Assembly (NCBI GenBank): GCA_002633005.1 | Contig: NMRA01000259.1 | Location: 151,723-215,722 of the forward strand | DNA from: Phoronis australis | Taxonomy: Eukaryota > Animalia > Phoronida | Reading direction: 5' to 3' | Length of the DNA: 64,000 nucleotides | Part shown: positions 52,892-64,000 of the stretch, in pieces | Layout of the letters: each line of letters opens with the position of its first letter | Numbering within the stretch: position 1 is the stretch's first letter | Notes under the pieces: model-generated | Told to the model about the DNA's origin: nothing | Database searches by the model: none | The model's input: only the letters and a program-made list of their open reading frames with translations | Made by a program: the position numbers and the translations under genes

Positions 52892-54394
52892 TTATCCAAA
52901 AACTTGTGCAGGGAGGATGACGAAAACGTAGACGATTGCAAATCCTGCGCCCAAAACTGTGATCAAAATTCCCGAGATGCTCAGCCCAAGTGACGCTTTT
53001 CCTTTACTGCGCGCGCTCTCTATATCCCCATCTCCATAGGAACTCGATGACGAAACTGCTACACAAAGCGCAAACAATCCTGTAAAGAAAGAGCCTCTAT
53101 AAATCTGTATATCAACAACGAAACTGACACCACGATTTCATTTCGGCAGCTACCATGTGCATATGTTGAATTACTAAAGTCTAAAACAAGGGTAAACTTG
53201 TCACAAAGACTAATTTTACGTCAATGTACAAACATGGATTTCACTTATGTGGGAATTTGCATTGCTACCCACTTCAACACAACTATGAAATTTCTACACA
53301 TTTCAAACGAATCGGCCAATCCCCCTAAAAGTGATTGGTCGATATTAGTAGTAGACGCAGTGTTCAAACCATTGGATGCCCCAATACTTCCTATACACTT
53401 ACCAAATATTAGGTTGCAACACAAGAGTGTGAAAATGGCAAGACCGAGGTAGTTGGGAGGTTTGATTTGTGTTTGCTGAACAATTATGGTCGGCTGGGCA
53501 GCAGCGGGTTGAGTGACCACAACCTGCAAAAGAGAGTGTTAGAGGTGAAATAGGCGGCGACATTGCCTCAATTAGAGAACATTTACGCTGGAGTAAGAAA
53601 TATTTTGAGATTTTGCGTGAGTACTTTAAGTCAAAATTCAAATTTTCTTCATGGCCAGCTAAACAGGGCGAATGCTGGATAGTCACTAAAACCCAGGTTT
53701 CAAAGCAAGGTACAGACCAGAACTATTTATGCTATTTTGCCCAAACCTTTTTAACTGCAACAGTGGCCACGAGTTGTTTTCAGGGATTGGTTTTGCAAAT
53801 GAAATGGCCACGGGGTTTTGACACCAATCTGCAACTCTGAAAAGAGTTTGGTACACTCTAGAAATGTCGTGAGCAAACCGACTCGTCAGTTGTTTAGACT
53901 ATTACTGAATTGGTGCCTACAATAACAATGGGCGAGCAAGTACCAAATATAATACGAAATGAAGTTATGGGATTACTAAGTTTGTGCATTCCCAGCACTT
54001 CGGAGTCATACAGCACAGTAAATGCAGTGGGTCATGCTTATGCAACAGAAACTTTATGGCAGCAATGACAAATGATATTGACGTTTCTTAAGGCTGTGAC
54101 GTAACTACTTCGCTGTAGTTACAATAACATAGGCCAAACACAGCATCGATGTTGCCAGAGGACTTGTAAAACGGCATTAGAAGTAGAAGCTTTGAATCTT
54201 AGGTTGCGATTCCGTTCTTTACTTACTGTGTTATTCATCATCATATTGTTATTATTGTTGTTATTCGTTGTGTTATAAGACGGTTGTCCCGGCGGAGGCA
54301 TCGTTGTGTTGTAAGACGCTTGTCCCGGCGGAGGCATTCCGCCGTAGGCAGGAGGATCTTCCGGCATAGGTTGTCCTGGATACACGGTCGTCAT
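52892..54394 (-). CDS. CD225/dispanin (IFITM/PRRT1-like) membrane protein, paralogue B (158 aa)
   Basis: Exons 54394-54227, 53523-53403, 53079-52892 with the same intron positions and phases as paralogue A. PPAY N-terminus; PPNYLGLAIFTLLCCNLIFGLFALCVAVS...GDIESAR...SISGILITV. Likely 5'UTR exon donor near 55203. Confidence 0.9.
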
Positions 54395-55563
54395 GTTGTC
54401 CTTTTATGCTGAAAAGTATCATACTGTGATCAAACCGTTTGTATTGATACTCAAACCCACCTGANNCCCCCCCCCCCCCAAACCTTGCACTTGTCGGAGG
54501 TGATAACAGACAAGCTATGATAGGTCTACACGTGTCTGCAAAAGTCGTGAAAACAAAATCCATCTTGGAAGCGCCTTTTGGCACAAAAAGACAAATTCTG
54601 TCTCATAAAGAAGATCCTGTGAGAAATTTAAAAACCTTATGATTCAGCTTCACAATACAAAGTCGCCAAAACGAATCGGTCCACAAAGTCAGGCTAGTGT
54701 AGGATCTTATCGACATCGCTATGTATTTCGCCAAATATCGACAAATCTGTAGATTTTAACTCCATAAAAGTATATATTTTCTAAAACTAGAATAGCCTAA
54801 AGACGGGAGAATTTCATTTTGCTCAGTCTAATCTGTCATTAATTGAGTCACGTGAAAATGTCTTCAATAGTAAAATTTAGAAAAAAAAGAAAAGTACATT
54901 CGTAGCAAGACAACGGTTTCAATAACGTGTCCAAATTTCGTCGAATACAAATATTCAAAAAATCACAAAACAAGTTGTCACAGTAATATATCAGTTCCAG
55001 ATCATTTCTACATCTTTTGAGAATTTTTTATAACCTCTCGTTTTAAAGTAACAGCGCATAAAGCATAATGCGTGAAAGTTTCATACAAATGCCATTTCTG
55101 ATGTTAGGATCAATCCGATATTAGCCAAATTTGGACATTTTTCTAGGGTTCTACATAATTTCAAATTGCTCAATCTCTAGTCGTCATATTAACAGTACTT
55201 ACCAGGTCGGTGGAGGGAACAGCCAATGAAAGAATCAAGATAGCGAATATTCGCCTATACAGAACCGAGAGTGTTACCACAACAAACAATCACGGACCAA
55301 GTCCATAATGCAGGCACAATGGGCCTATACAGTTAGACAATGCAGTCCAACTTGAAATCAATTCTGTGATGCAGTTTTTATTAGTAACCTATTTTTGCGC
55401 TTAGAAACTTTAATATAGACCCACTGAGGCGGTTTGTCCTTTTGTACTCCCAAGCACTGGGGTCGGTCATCGCACTAAACGTCAATGGATTGAAATCACT
55501 GAGCCAGATATTCAAGTGCGTTTGTACTCCAGGCACTGGACCGTACCTAACGTCAAAATATGC

Positions 55564-55695
55564 TGCGACAGGGCGGGGGTGCTATTGATGGTGATCGAGA
55601 GGTAGATTGTTCCCCTTACTCCGCGAAAAATTCCTCTAAGAAGGCGCTGGCACCTTTCCCCTCGGATGAACGAGGCTCCTAGACATCATAACACT
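55564..55695 (+). repeat. Dispersed ~130-bp repeat, copy 2
   Basis: Same orientation as, and high identity to, 37615-37748. Confidence 0.85.
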
Positions 55696-57237
55696 ACGTG
55701 CTACTACTGCTAAAGTGATGTCTATGGTATGCACATGCGTGTGGATAAATAAGTGGAAAGATAGAAATCTTGGCCTTAAAGATTGAAATCTTTCTCTGGA
55801 ATAAAGAATAGATTGGGCCAAAAGAGCATATTTGGTTCTTGTCTGCGCCCGCACCATTTTGTATCTGCGTGTCACAACTAAAAAGAAAAAAATAGTCTCC
55901 CGATCTCTCTCGATCGGTATTGGTTTCCCGGCTTAAACTTATACTCAGTGTTCAGGTGAAAAAGTCGTCGTCGTCGCTAAAGTAGAGTCAAGACTCGGCC
56001 ATATGGGCGCAGACAAGTTCGCAACTCGGATTTCTCAATAAATCGTATTGGAAGAATTTTTATTTTTAATTTCATTTTATGGCGATAGACTGAAAAGGTT
56101 CAAAGTGCCTTTTGGTAATTTAAGCATGCCAAAGTGGTATAGCTTCTTTGTGTTTTTGTGTGAGTTTGTTTAGTCAGCCTGAGATCTACCGAGTAATACG
56201 CCCGAAGCCAGCATTGCGCGGAGGGCTGTTCGAATTTCTAAAACGGTGGACATATTGATCATATTTCGCAGGCGTCGTCCATTTTTTTCTGTCGTGCCCT
56301 TACGCAGATAAGCTCCGAAGATAAATCCGTGTACACGACTCTTGTCGACTCCATTTTCCTGAGACGAGAAGGTCCCAGAAATAATAATGCCATGACGGTT
56401 ACTCGCAAAAAACGGACCCAAATATAGATGTAATGTTGTACACAAAGCTCCATTTCTGGATTACTGAGCGTTACCCTCTGCTAAACTTTCGAACCATGCT
56501 TGCTTTTAAAACGAGTGATTGTACTCCATCAAATACTGGGACGGAAATGTTCAGTCAGAGAATTACTGGAAGAAATTTTTGTCATATTACTTCAGTTGCT
56601 CACTGCGTTGGAAATGACTGTACTTCGGGAGCAAGTTTTCTGTTATACAGAATTTGTTGAATGCATCATAAGGGACAACGTTAAAGTTTGTAAGCCTGAT
56701 GATTACCTTGATGTTATTATTTATTATCGGATAGGAAGTCCTCCAACTTGGTCATGAAAAATAACATTTCTAAAGCGAAAGTCCGCCCCGTTGCACAGTG
56801 TAGTGTTGTTTATGAATTTGTATGTCCTATGAACGAATGTCTTCGTTCAAACGTCAAACAATGTTACATTGGTCAAACGGTTTGCAGTCTTTCCCGTCGG
56901 TTATCCATGCATCTTCAAAATAGCGCCATTCAAGATCATTTTCTGCAATACCACGCACGTAAAATCACCGTCAAGAAATTGTGGAAAACACGTCAATTCG
57001 CTACGTGGAGCAAGATGTGCTGCGTTTGAAAGTATTAGAGTCCCTTTTAATTGCTTTTGAGAAGCCTATTTTGAATGAGCAGCAAACAGGGTCGCGCCGC
57101 ACGTTACACTTGTTTGCGTGACTTTCCTGTTACCCTAATTCTTTAGTCATTCTTTGCAGTATTTCACACCCGCCGTGTCTCACTGTGTGTGTCGTCAGCT
57201 TATACTCTGTGGTGGCATTACTGCGTCATTTTATCTT

Positions 57238-57275
57238 CACTTGAGAATGAAACAAGTATGTTTCGAAATATCGTG
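57238..57275 (+). ncRNA. Variant minimal hammerhead-ribozyme-like motif in the Penelope pseudo-LTR
   Basis: cac-TTGAGAAT-gaaaca(agta)tgtttc-GAAA-tatc-gtg: perfect helix II, non-canonical core, at the position expected for PLE hammerheads. Confidence 0.5.
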
Positions 57276-57443
57276 TGTCTTTTTAATTATGTCGCTAGGT
57301 CAGTTACTGTATCTATGTTCAGTAGAGAGTAGAGTTTTGTTCAGAAAGTATGAACGCAACGGAATAAAGACCGTGAAAAATGAAAAGTGTCGTGTATTCA
57401 ACAAATTCTGTATAACAGAAAACTTGCTCCCGAAGTACAGTCA

Positions 57444-57951
57444 NNNNNNNNNNNNNNNNNNNNNNNNNNNNNNNNNNNNNNNNNNNNNNNNNNNNNNNNN
57501 NNNNNNNNNNNNNNNNNNNNNNNNNNNNNNNNNNNNNNNNNNNNNNNNNNNNNNNNNNNNNNNNNNNNNNNNNNNNNNNNNNNNNNNNNNNNNNNNNNNN
57601 NNNNNNNNNNNNNNNNNNNNNNNNNNNNNNNNNNNNNNNNNNNNNNNNNNNNNNNNNNNNNNNNNNNNNNNNNNNNNNNNNNNNNNNNNNNNNNNNNNNN
57701 NNNNNNNNNNNNNNNNNNNNNNNNNNNNNNNNNNNNNNNNNNNNNNNNNNNNNNNNNNNNNNNNNNNNNNNNNNNNNNNNNNNNNNNNNNNNNNNNNNNN
57801 NNNNNNNNNNNNNNNNNNNNNNNNNNNNNNNNNNNNNNNNNNNNNNNNNNNNNNNNNNNNNNNNNNNNNNNNNNNNNNNNNNNNNNNNNNNNNNNNNNNN
57901 NNNNNNNNNNNNNNNNNNNNNNNNNNNNNNNNNNNNNNNNNNNNNNNNNNN
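57444..57951. other. Assembly gap
   Basis: Run of N. Confidence 1.
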
Positions 57952-60499
57952 TTGTGATATCCTAGATCCGCCACTGAGTAGAGAGTAGAGTTTTGTTCAG
58001 AAAGTATGAACGCAACGGAATAAGACCGTGAACAATGAAAAGTGTCGTGCATTCAACAAATTCTGCGTTGGAAATGGGAACAGTTCACGGCATTACTCCA
58101 AAGGTTCAATACTCAGAAGGTTCACTACCCCGAAAATGTATGGAATTTCCGACTGAGGTGTAATTTTAAAACTTCCAAATTTAGGCTATTAGACGCAGTG
58201 GCTAGTACACCAGAACAACGCCGGTGTACACGTATAAATACACTTTAAATGTTTGGGTTTCTTGCACATGCGAAAAAGGGCTCCAAAGCATTTCTTATGA
58301 ATAGGGAAAAAGAATATTAAGTGGGAATATTGATGAATTATCAACACGATATATTCACCAAATCCATGTCAAGATCGTTGTCCCTGTTCAAAAACGAGTC
58401 ACTATAGATTCAGAATCGCGATTGTGAGTGATTGGAACTGAGCAGTCAACGCAATCAGTGTTTCAAGAAATATTCCACTTTTTCACACTCTTTAAAGGAT
58501 TACTAAATGCACAAATACAATGTTTTATGGATGTCAGTTCCGCCTCATTAGCAGACATTCTCAGTAGTATGAACATGGTTCCGCAATAGTGAACATCGGG
58601 AGTAGTGATATGTAATCGTGGAAATCACTTCCATCAAGTTTGTTAGCTCGTATGAAGTCTGCGAGGTTGTGCACCATTAACAATAATTAACAAGAGAAGA
58701 CTTTTCTTCATTAGTAAAAGTTTTTATTAGGATTAAACTTACTTTTACATTCTTGCCGACGGAATTTCCTCAGTGCAAAAACACGGTTAGTGAAATATGT
58801 CTGCTTTTTGAACAACAGCAGAGGACTAACAATTTAAGTTACGTGTATTGTATTTAAAAGAATGAAAACGTCCACATCACATGCATGTCAATCCACCAAT
58901 CCACAACCACGGCGTGCACTGAATGAACACCGTTTGACGATCACTTTCTATTCGACAATTAAAAAAGCCTGCACATCACTGTGCTGACACCTATATGTAT
59001 ACCGAAGATTCAGACTTCTGCTGTGTTGTTGGTTGATCGAAGCATTTTCGTATAGGTAAAGTATACGTGCATATACACTTGTTTTTTCTGCAACTAACCT
59101 TAAAATGTCTTACAGAATACCTACATGTATACCAATGCGTATATAACCGGAGAGGGGTGTCGGCTAGTATCCCGGAAATTTTGATTTTTGGAAAGAATGA
59201 TGTAAAGGTGCTGTCAGGTGAGAATGATGTGATTGGTCATCATACCTGGTGTGTGATCTCCAGTCGTTCAACAAGGTTGTCTGCTCTTAAAGTGGACTTA
59301 TTCCAACGTTACCGCAGTTTTCTGCGGACAGGCCGGTGGCGTGCACTCGGAAAATATCAGTTCAGGGACCAGAAATGGCGAATATGCGCTGGGGTGTATT
59401 AGTGGCTGAAGCCAGCGCTAAAATTGATAACAATAGAGTCAATACAAGACATGACATTGAATGATTGTCCCCTGGGGGTACGATACAGGAGTTACAGTAT
59501 TTTGTTGAAATTTTATTAAATTGCGATTTTGGCGTTCCAGTTTCAACGCAACTGGGAAAATATTAGGATTTAACTATAAATATTTTCCCAAATGCACGCC
59601 CTAGGTTTATCTTAGGAACATTTTCATTACAATCTCTCTGCTGTACATATTTAGACATGGGCCTGTCTGCAGAAAATTACGGTAAGATCGTCAAGAGTTT
59701 AGGATAAGTACCAAACTCATTCACTATGCTTAGGCACTCACTGTCGTCGCTGCGTTAATTGTTACCGGCACTTGTGCAGCGGCGACTCCAATTGTCCCGT
59801 ACAAAAGGTGTCAATGTCTATTGTATATCATATCCCTAGCGGTGTATCACATATGGCAAATACCACGAGAAATCAAGAAAATAGGGCTGTATTTGGGCAC
59901 TTTGTGTACAAATTTAAAACCAAAATCTGTCACAAAAAAGTAACATGAAACGTTGTAGTACTCGCAACATTGAAATTGTTTCTTGAAACCCCTCAGAACA
60001 ACATATTTTAATATGTAAATAAAATTTCTTTAGTTGATACAAAATGAGTCTTGTCAGAGAACCACTAAACTAGGAACATTTCGAAAATTATAGCCCGTGG
60101 TACAGAGACGCCATCTAATTAAGAACGGTTAAGCATCAGTCATGCTCAGCTGCCGGCAGACGCACGATGGAGATAGGCCTGATTGGGCTCATCATTGGAG
60201 GAAGTGGTTCCCAATTTACAGGCCGCGAGCGTGGTGAAATTACGTTTTTATATACATATACATCACGGTTAACACATTTAGACTACCTCAGCGGCCGGCC
60301 ATAACACACAGTTGTGGACCTAGCGAGAACGTGAATTGTGCTTTTATAGTTTAACGCATCGTCGACGTTGCCGGACGTACCTTCAACGGCTCCTGTCGTC
60401 CACAAGCTTTCAGAACACACGCAGTCTCTCCAAAATTGCACGTGACACCTGTCTCGTTAGATTTCAGTTACGCATAAACTGCGATCCTGAAGTATCATT

Positions 60500-62726
60500 T
60501 TACATTCTGGTACTTTCTTCCAGCACGTCGCCTTGGTGTGTTTCCGGTTTGCTTACGAATACAGGACGAGTGAAATGACGATAAAATAACATGACGATCT
60601 TTACAACCGCTGCCGCAGCAGCCACTACAAGTAATACCACAGTGGCTATGGAGTTGTTGGCTGACCCGCGGTAGTTCCTCGCAAGGCTTCCTGAAAGTGC
60701 AAAACAAACAACGGCATACGGCGTGACAAGATACCTAGTGTAACGCTCGAAGACAACAAGGTCGAGGACAAACCAAGCGGTGACCTCCACTAAGAGAATG
60801 GACAAGGAAATAGTGCACGCCAAACTCTGGTCGAAACCGGCTCTGTATGTAAGCACCATGGCGGTATTGAGCAAAAACGCGATCGACGTCCACGTGGCGT
60901 AGATTCCCATTCCGTTTTGAATGAAGATTCGGATCATCCAGATGTCTTTCTGTGCCATTTCGTTTCCGTTTTGCATGAGTCGCCTGTGTGACAGAATCAG
61001 GCAAATGTATAGCGTAAAGGGCAGGAACGCTGCTGGAATGAGACACCAGCCGATGTACTGGCGGTCAAACAACAGCATCCACGCAACATTGCAACCGAGA
61101 TTGAATAAGTAAATTAGATACATGACCGGTGGCTGGGTCTCTGGTTGGGCGTATAACGGAGATCCATCAGGACTTTTCCTGAAAAGTCCCACGGCTGCAT
61201 ACAGCATCCAGACAATCTGCCAAGCGTAAATGGCAAGCCAAATGAAAAACGTCCATCCAGCTGGTGTAATCTCCAAGTAGTGCATGTCTGACACGTCACC
61301 AGTGCTATTGATGAAGAGGCCTGTAAGTAGGTCAGAAGAAATGGAGTGATAAGATGATGGAGGATAAACAAATAAATAAATAAATGTTTTTTACGAGAGA
61401 GAGAGAGAGAGAGGGAGGGAGGGAGGGAGGGAGGGAGAGAGAGAAAGAGGGCTAAACACATATTTCCATAAGCCTTTTTATCGGAGACAAATAACACAAC
61501 TTCAGAAACATTTCAATTTGAACTTTACTTGTCTGGTAAAGTTTTGCTTTTCACCCACAAAAATGGGGACACCTACGCAAATATATGCGTTTCGATGTAA
61601 AATATGTTTATCAGTGGGAACACCTGTGCCAGTAAGTGTGATCAACCAAGGATATGTTGGAAACCGGGTACACCAGAAGACATCAGAGGCGAACATTCCA
61701 GGGTGGATACAGCTATATTAATTTAAGTCGACCCNCGGGAGAGAGGGAGGGAAGGTGGGAGGGAGCGAGGGAGGGAGGGAGAGTGAAAACACAAATTTAT
61801 TACAGTGACCAGTGTTTCTTGAACACCCAGTCCACTGGGCGTATCAGTCACTTTAAACAAATTACAAAAACAGCAATGCACATACAGTTTGATATGAAGC
61901 TCAAAACTATTCAAGAAATTAAGTGAACTGAAAATGTCGTTGTCTGTTAAAACACCTTCTATATATCTAGCCAGATCATAACAAAAATTATTACAAGTTT
62001 TTCTTAAATAAATAAAAAATAAACAAATGAAGTGACCGTAGCAAGGTCTCAATATTAATAAGAAAGTCAGACAGTAGCCAATCATTGAACTGAAGCGAAT
62101 GATATTGAACACAAAATTAAAAAATCAACAAAATTTGAGACGGTTAAAAAGATGCCGGCAGGAGCTCCAGCCCAGTCTCGCAGTAGAACATTTCGAAAGC
62201 ACTTCAAACGGTGAATTCGTCTTGTTTGGTTCTTAGGTATATCTCGCTCACTTGCGAAAGGTTTGTCCTTTATGTATGTAATTTATGTACATGTTTTTAA
62301 ATTGATTTTATTCCTTTATAGTTGATTCTAATGGTACGCGCCGCTGAATAACAAAGGAACAGCGTTCAGTAAAACATCATGCAGCGCCATCTTTCGAAAG
62401 AGTTGTTCTGGTTCGTGTTTTTTGGGAGAAACCTTAGTTTTTTTAATTCCATGAATAATTAAATATGATTAAAGAATGACGCGAATGGTGATCACTGATT
62501 GTCGCTTTGCCGCTTGATTTTTTCCAGGTTGGAGTTTGCGATTGCGACTTGACCAAAATAATGACTGTGCGTGGGTCTGAACGTGTCTTGTTCACGTCTC
62601 ACCTGACGTTTTCCCAATAGGAGTAGAAGACATATAATTTATGGCTACTACGAACACCAGGAGCACGAGACCGAATACTATGAGGAAGGCCAGTGGTGGA
62701 TTGTGTCCACGTCCTGTTCCGGACTT
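60500..62726 (-). CDS. Uncharacterised multi-pass (7-8 TM) membrane protein with ITPAGWTF-x-IW-xx-IY motif; 5' end incomplete
   Basis: Exons 62726-62603 (strong tttactttcag acceptor, GTGAGA donor) and 61320-60500 join in frame: HNPPLAFLIVFGLVLLVFVVAINYMS...GLFINSTGDVSDMHYLEITPAGWTFFIWLAIYAWQ...IYATWTSIAFLLN. Resembles a conserved unnamed family found in animals, fungi and bacteria (from memory, not searched). The start exon was not identified; an in-frame ATG at 62780 is an alternative. Confidence 0.85.
61395..61445. repeat. (GA)n(GGGA)n microsatellite
   Basis: Read directly; a second purine tract lies at 61736-61782. Confidence 0.9.
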
Positions 62727-64000
62727 CTGAAAGTAAATACACTGTAGTAAGTCCAACGTTTCGAAGCCGTGTGTGAACATGGGCAATCATAAAGCAGTGT
62801 AGAACCTTAAAATGTAACCCTGACAGTGAGAACGTGTTGAATTGACATTTGAAATAGAGGCCAACAAATTTTAACCAAATATTTACATCGGTTCAGTCCA
62901 TGTTTTTGCTGTCAAAGACTGATAAAAACACTGTCTGAGTAACGTTTGCCCAGTAGCCTGCGCCCTAAGTGGTCAAGAAATCCGCTGATCTAGAAATCGG
63001 TTGAAACTTCGGTATTAAAGAGCTTTCTTCGCGACGTCGTTTTAATAATCGCAAATGATACACACGTACATGCAATCAAATGATAGCAGAAAACATACAG
63101 ACAGGGGCTGGCAGGAACGGTCACTGCGCCGCTCACACTGACACCAGGAAAAACAGTTCACATAGTTACTAGTCGCTTCAAAAATAAAAAAGCATCACTT
63201 GCACATGAAAATACTGAAGAGGCGTTTTCCCTGTGTGAACGAGATCGGTCACACGACAGCTCAAGTTTTACCGCATGCAACCCATATGGGGAGGCAAGAT
63301 CTTTTCGCCGCACGATATAATGAGGGCCGCAATGTCCACCAAAGTAGTTACTACTATGCGTTACAATTAGGCCTAATCACTGGCCACTTAGAGCTAGAAA
63401 CCTTCCTAGGTCCTGACAAAACATAAATCAGCGGTGCAAGGATCGCCAGCGATGTCGAGTGCCTTATACATTGGCACATACCTAATTTTGCGGATTGGGC
63501 GTGCGTGATACCACCTTGCATTTGGTTGCTCCGACGTGCGTTGGGTACAGGGACTCATCTAGAGGCCGTCCTGGCCGTCCTTGGGACGGCCCTTTTAAAA
63601 AAATGACGGCTTTGGACGGCACGGCCAAGACGGAAAAAAGACGGCCTGTTCCAAAACAACCTCGGCGAAAATGAAGGCTACTGAAACGAAGAATTGTAAC
63701 ATTTATTATTAATAAATTTCATTGAAACCTACAATTCATTGTTTAAGTTCGCTAAATATTAAGAAATAACTCGACATTATAAACTTTTGCCGTCTATTTT
63801 TACTATAAATATCACAATGACGATCGGCAAATACTGGCACCCATCTTTGGGGAATACCTTCCTATTCTGTGACGTCAAGGTGGCTTCATACGGAATCCCC
63901 CGCACGACTAGTGTCGAGAAATATTGCATCCAGCGCTAACTACCCGTACATGGACACTTAATCTTTGAAATTGAAGAACCCACACCCGAAGTTCAAAGGA

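Larger units (their letters stand above)
56430..58064 (+). mobile_element. Penelope-like retroelement: RT C-terminal remnant, GIY-YIG endonuclease, and pseudo-LTR restarting the ORF
   Basis: VVYEFVCP..C...YIGQT..SLSRRLSMH..SAIQDH, frameshift, then RLKVLESLLIAFEKPILNEQ (56805-57121); followed by an ORF N-terminus MSLGQLLY...FNKFCITENLLPKY; 57321-57408 recurs at 57977-58064 across the gap. Confidence 0.85.

Noticed and set aside
57977-58064. Second Penelope terminal repeat as evidence of a tandem element
   Set aside because: It flanks an assembly gap, so a haplotype or assembly duplication cannot be excluded; kept only inside the Penelope call.

Overview
AT-rich, intron-containing animal genomic DNA, probably a marine invertebrate (the taxon cannot be fixed from the sequence), with three N-gaps. 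Five protein-coding genes can be reconstructed by hand from splice sites and reading frame. (1) A + strand 8-exon gene (8738-22985, 638 aa) encodes a secreted protein: Ly6/uPAR (three-finger) domain, a thrombospondin type-1 repeat split by a ~100-aa basic insert, an (E/K)PTT mucin tract, and a second Ly6/uPAR domain. (2) An intronless antisense gene nested in its third coding intron (12838-14793, 651 aa) encodes a probably GPI-anchored multi-Sushi/CCP protein whose last CCP is split by a ~180-aa insert carrying an RRRRR site. (3,4) Two tandem CD225/dispanin (IFITM-like) paralogues lie on the - strand. (5) A 5'-incomplete multi-pass membrane protein gene carries a TPAGWTF..W..IY motif. The rest is decayed transposon material: an L1/Tx1-type LINE interrupted by two DNA elements, a CR1/L2 RT fragment, a ~5 kb Kolobok-like element with nested MITEs and THAP remnants, a Penelope-like element with GIY-YIG, minimal hammerhead-like motifs, a Crypton-like hairpin element and several MITEs. 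The most interesting observation is the nested host/antisense pair, in which both proteins have a disulfide-bonded domain interrupted by a basic, convertase-site-bearing insert.
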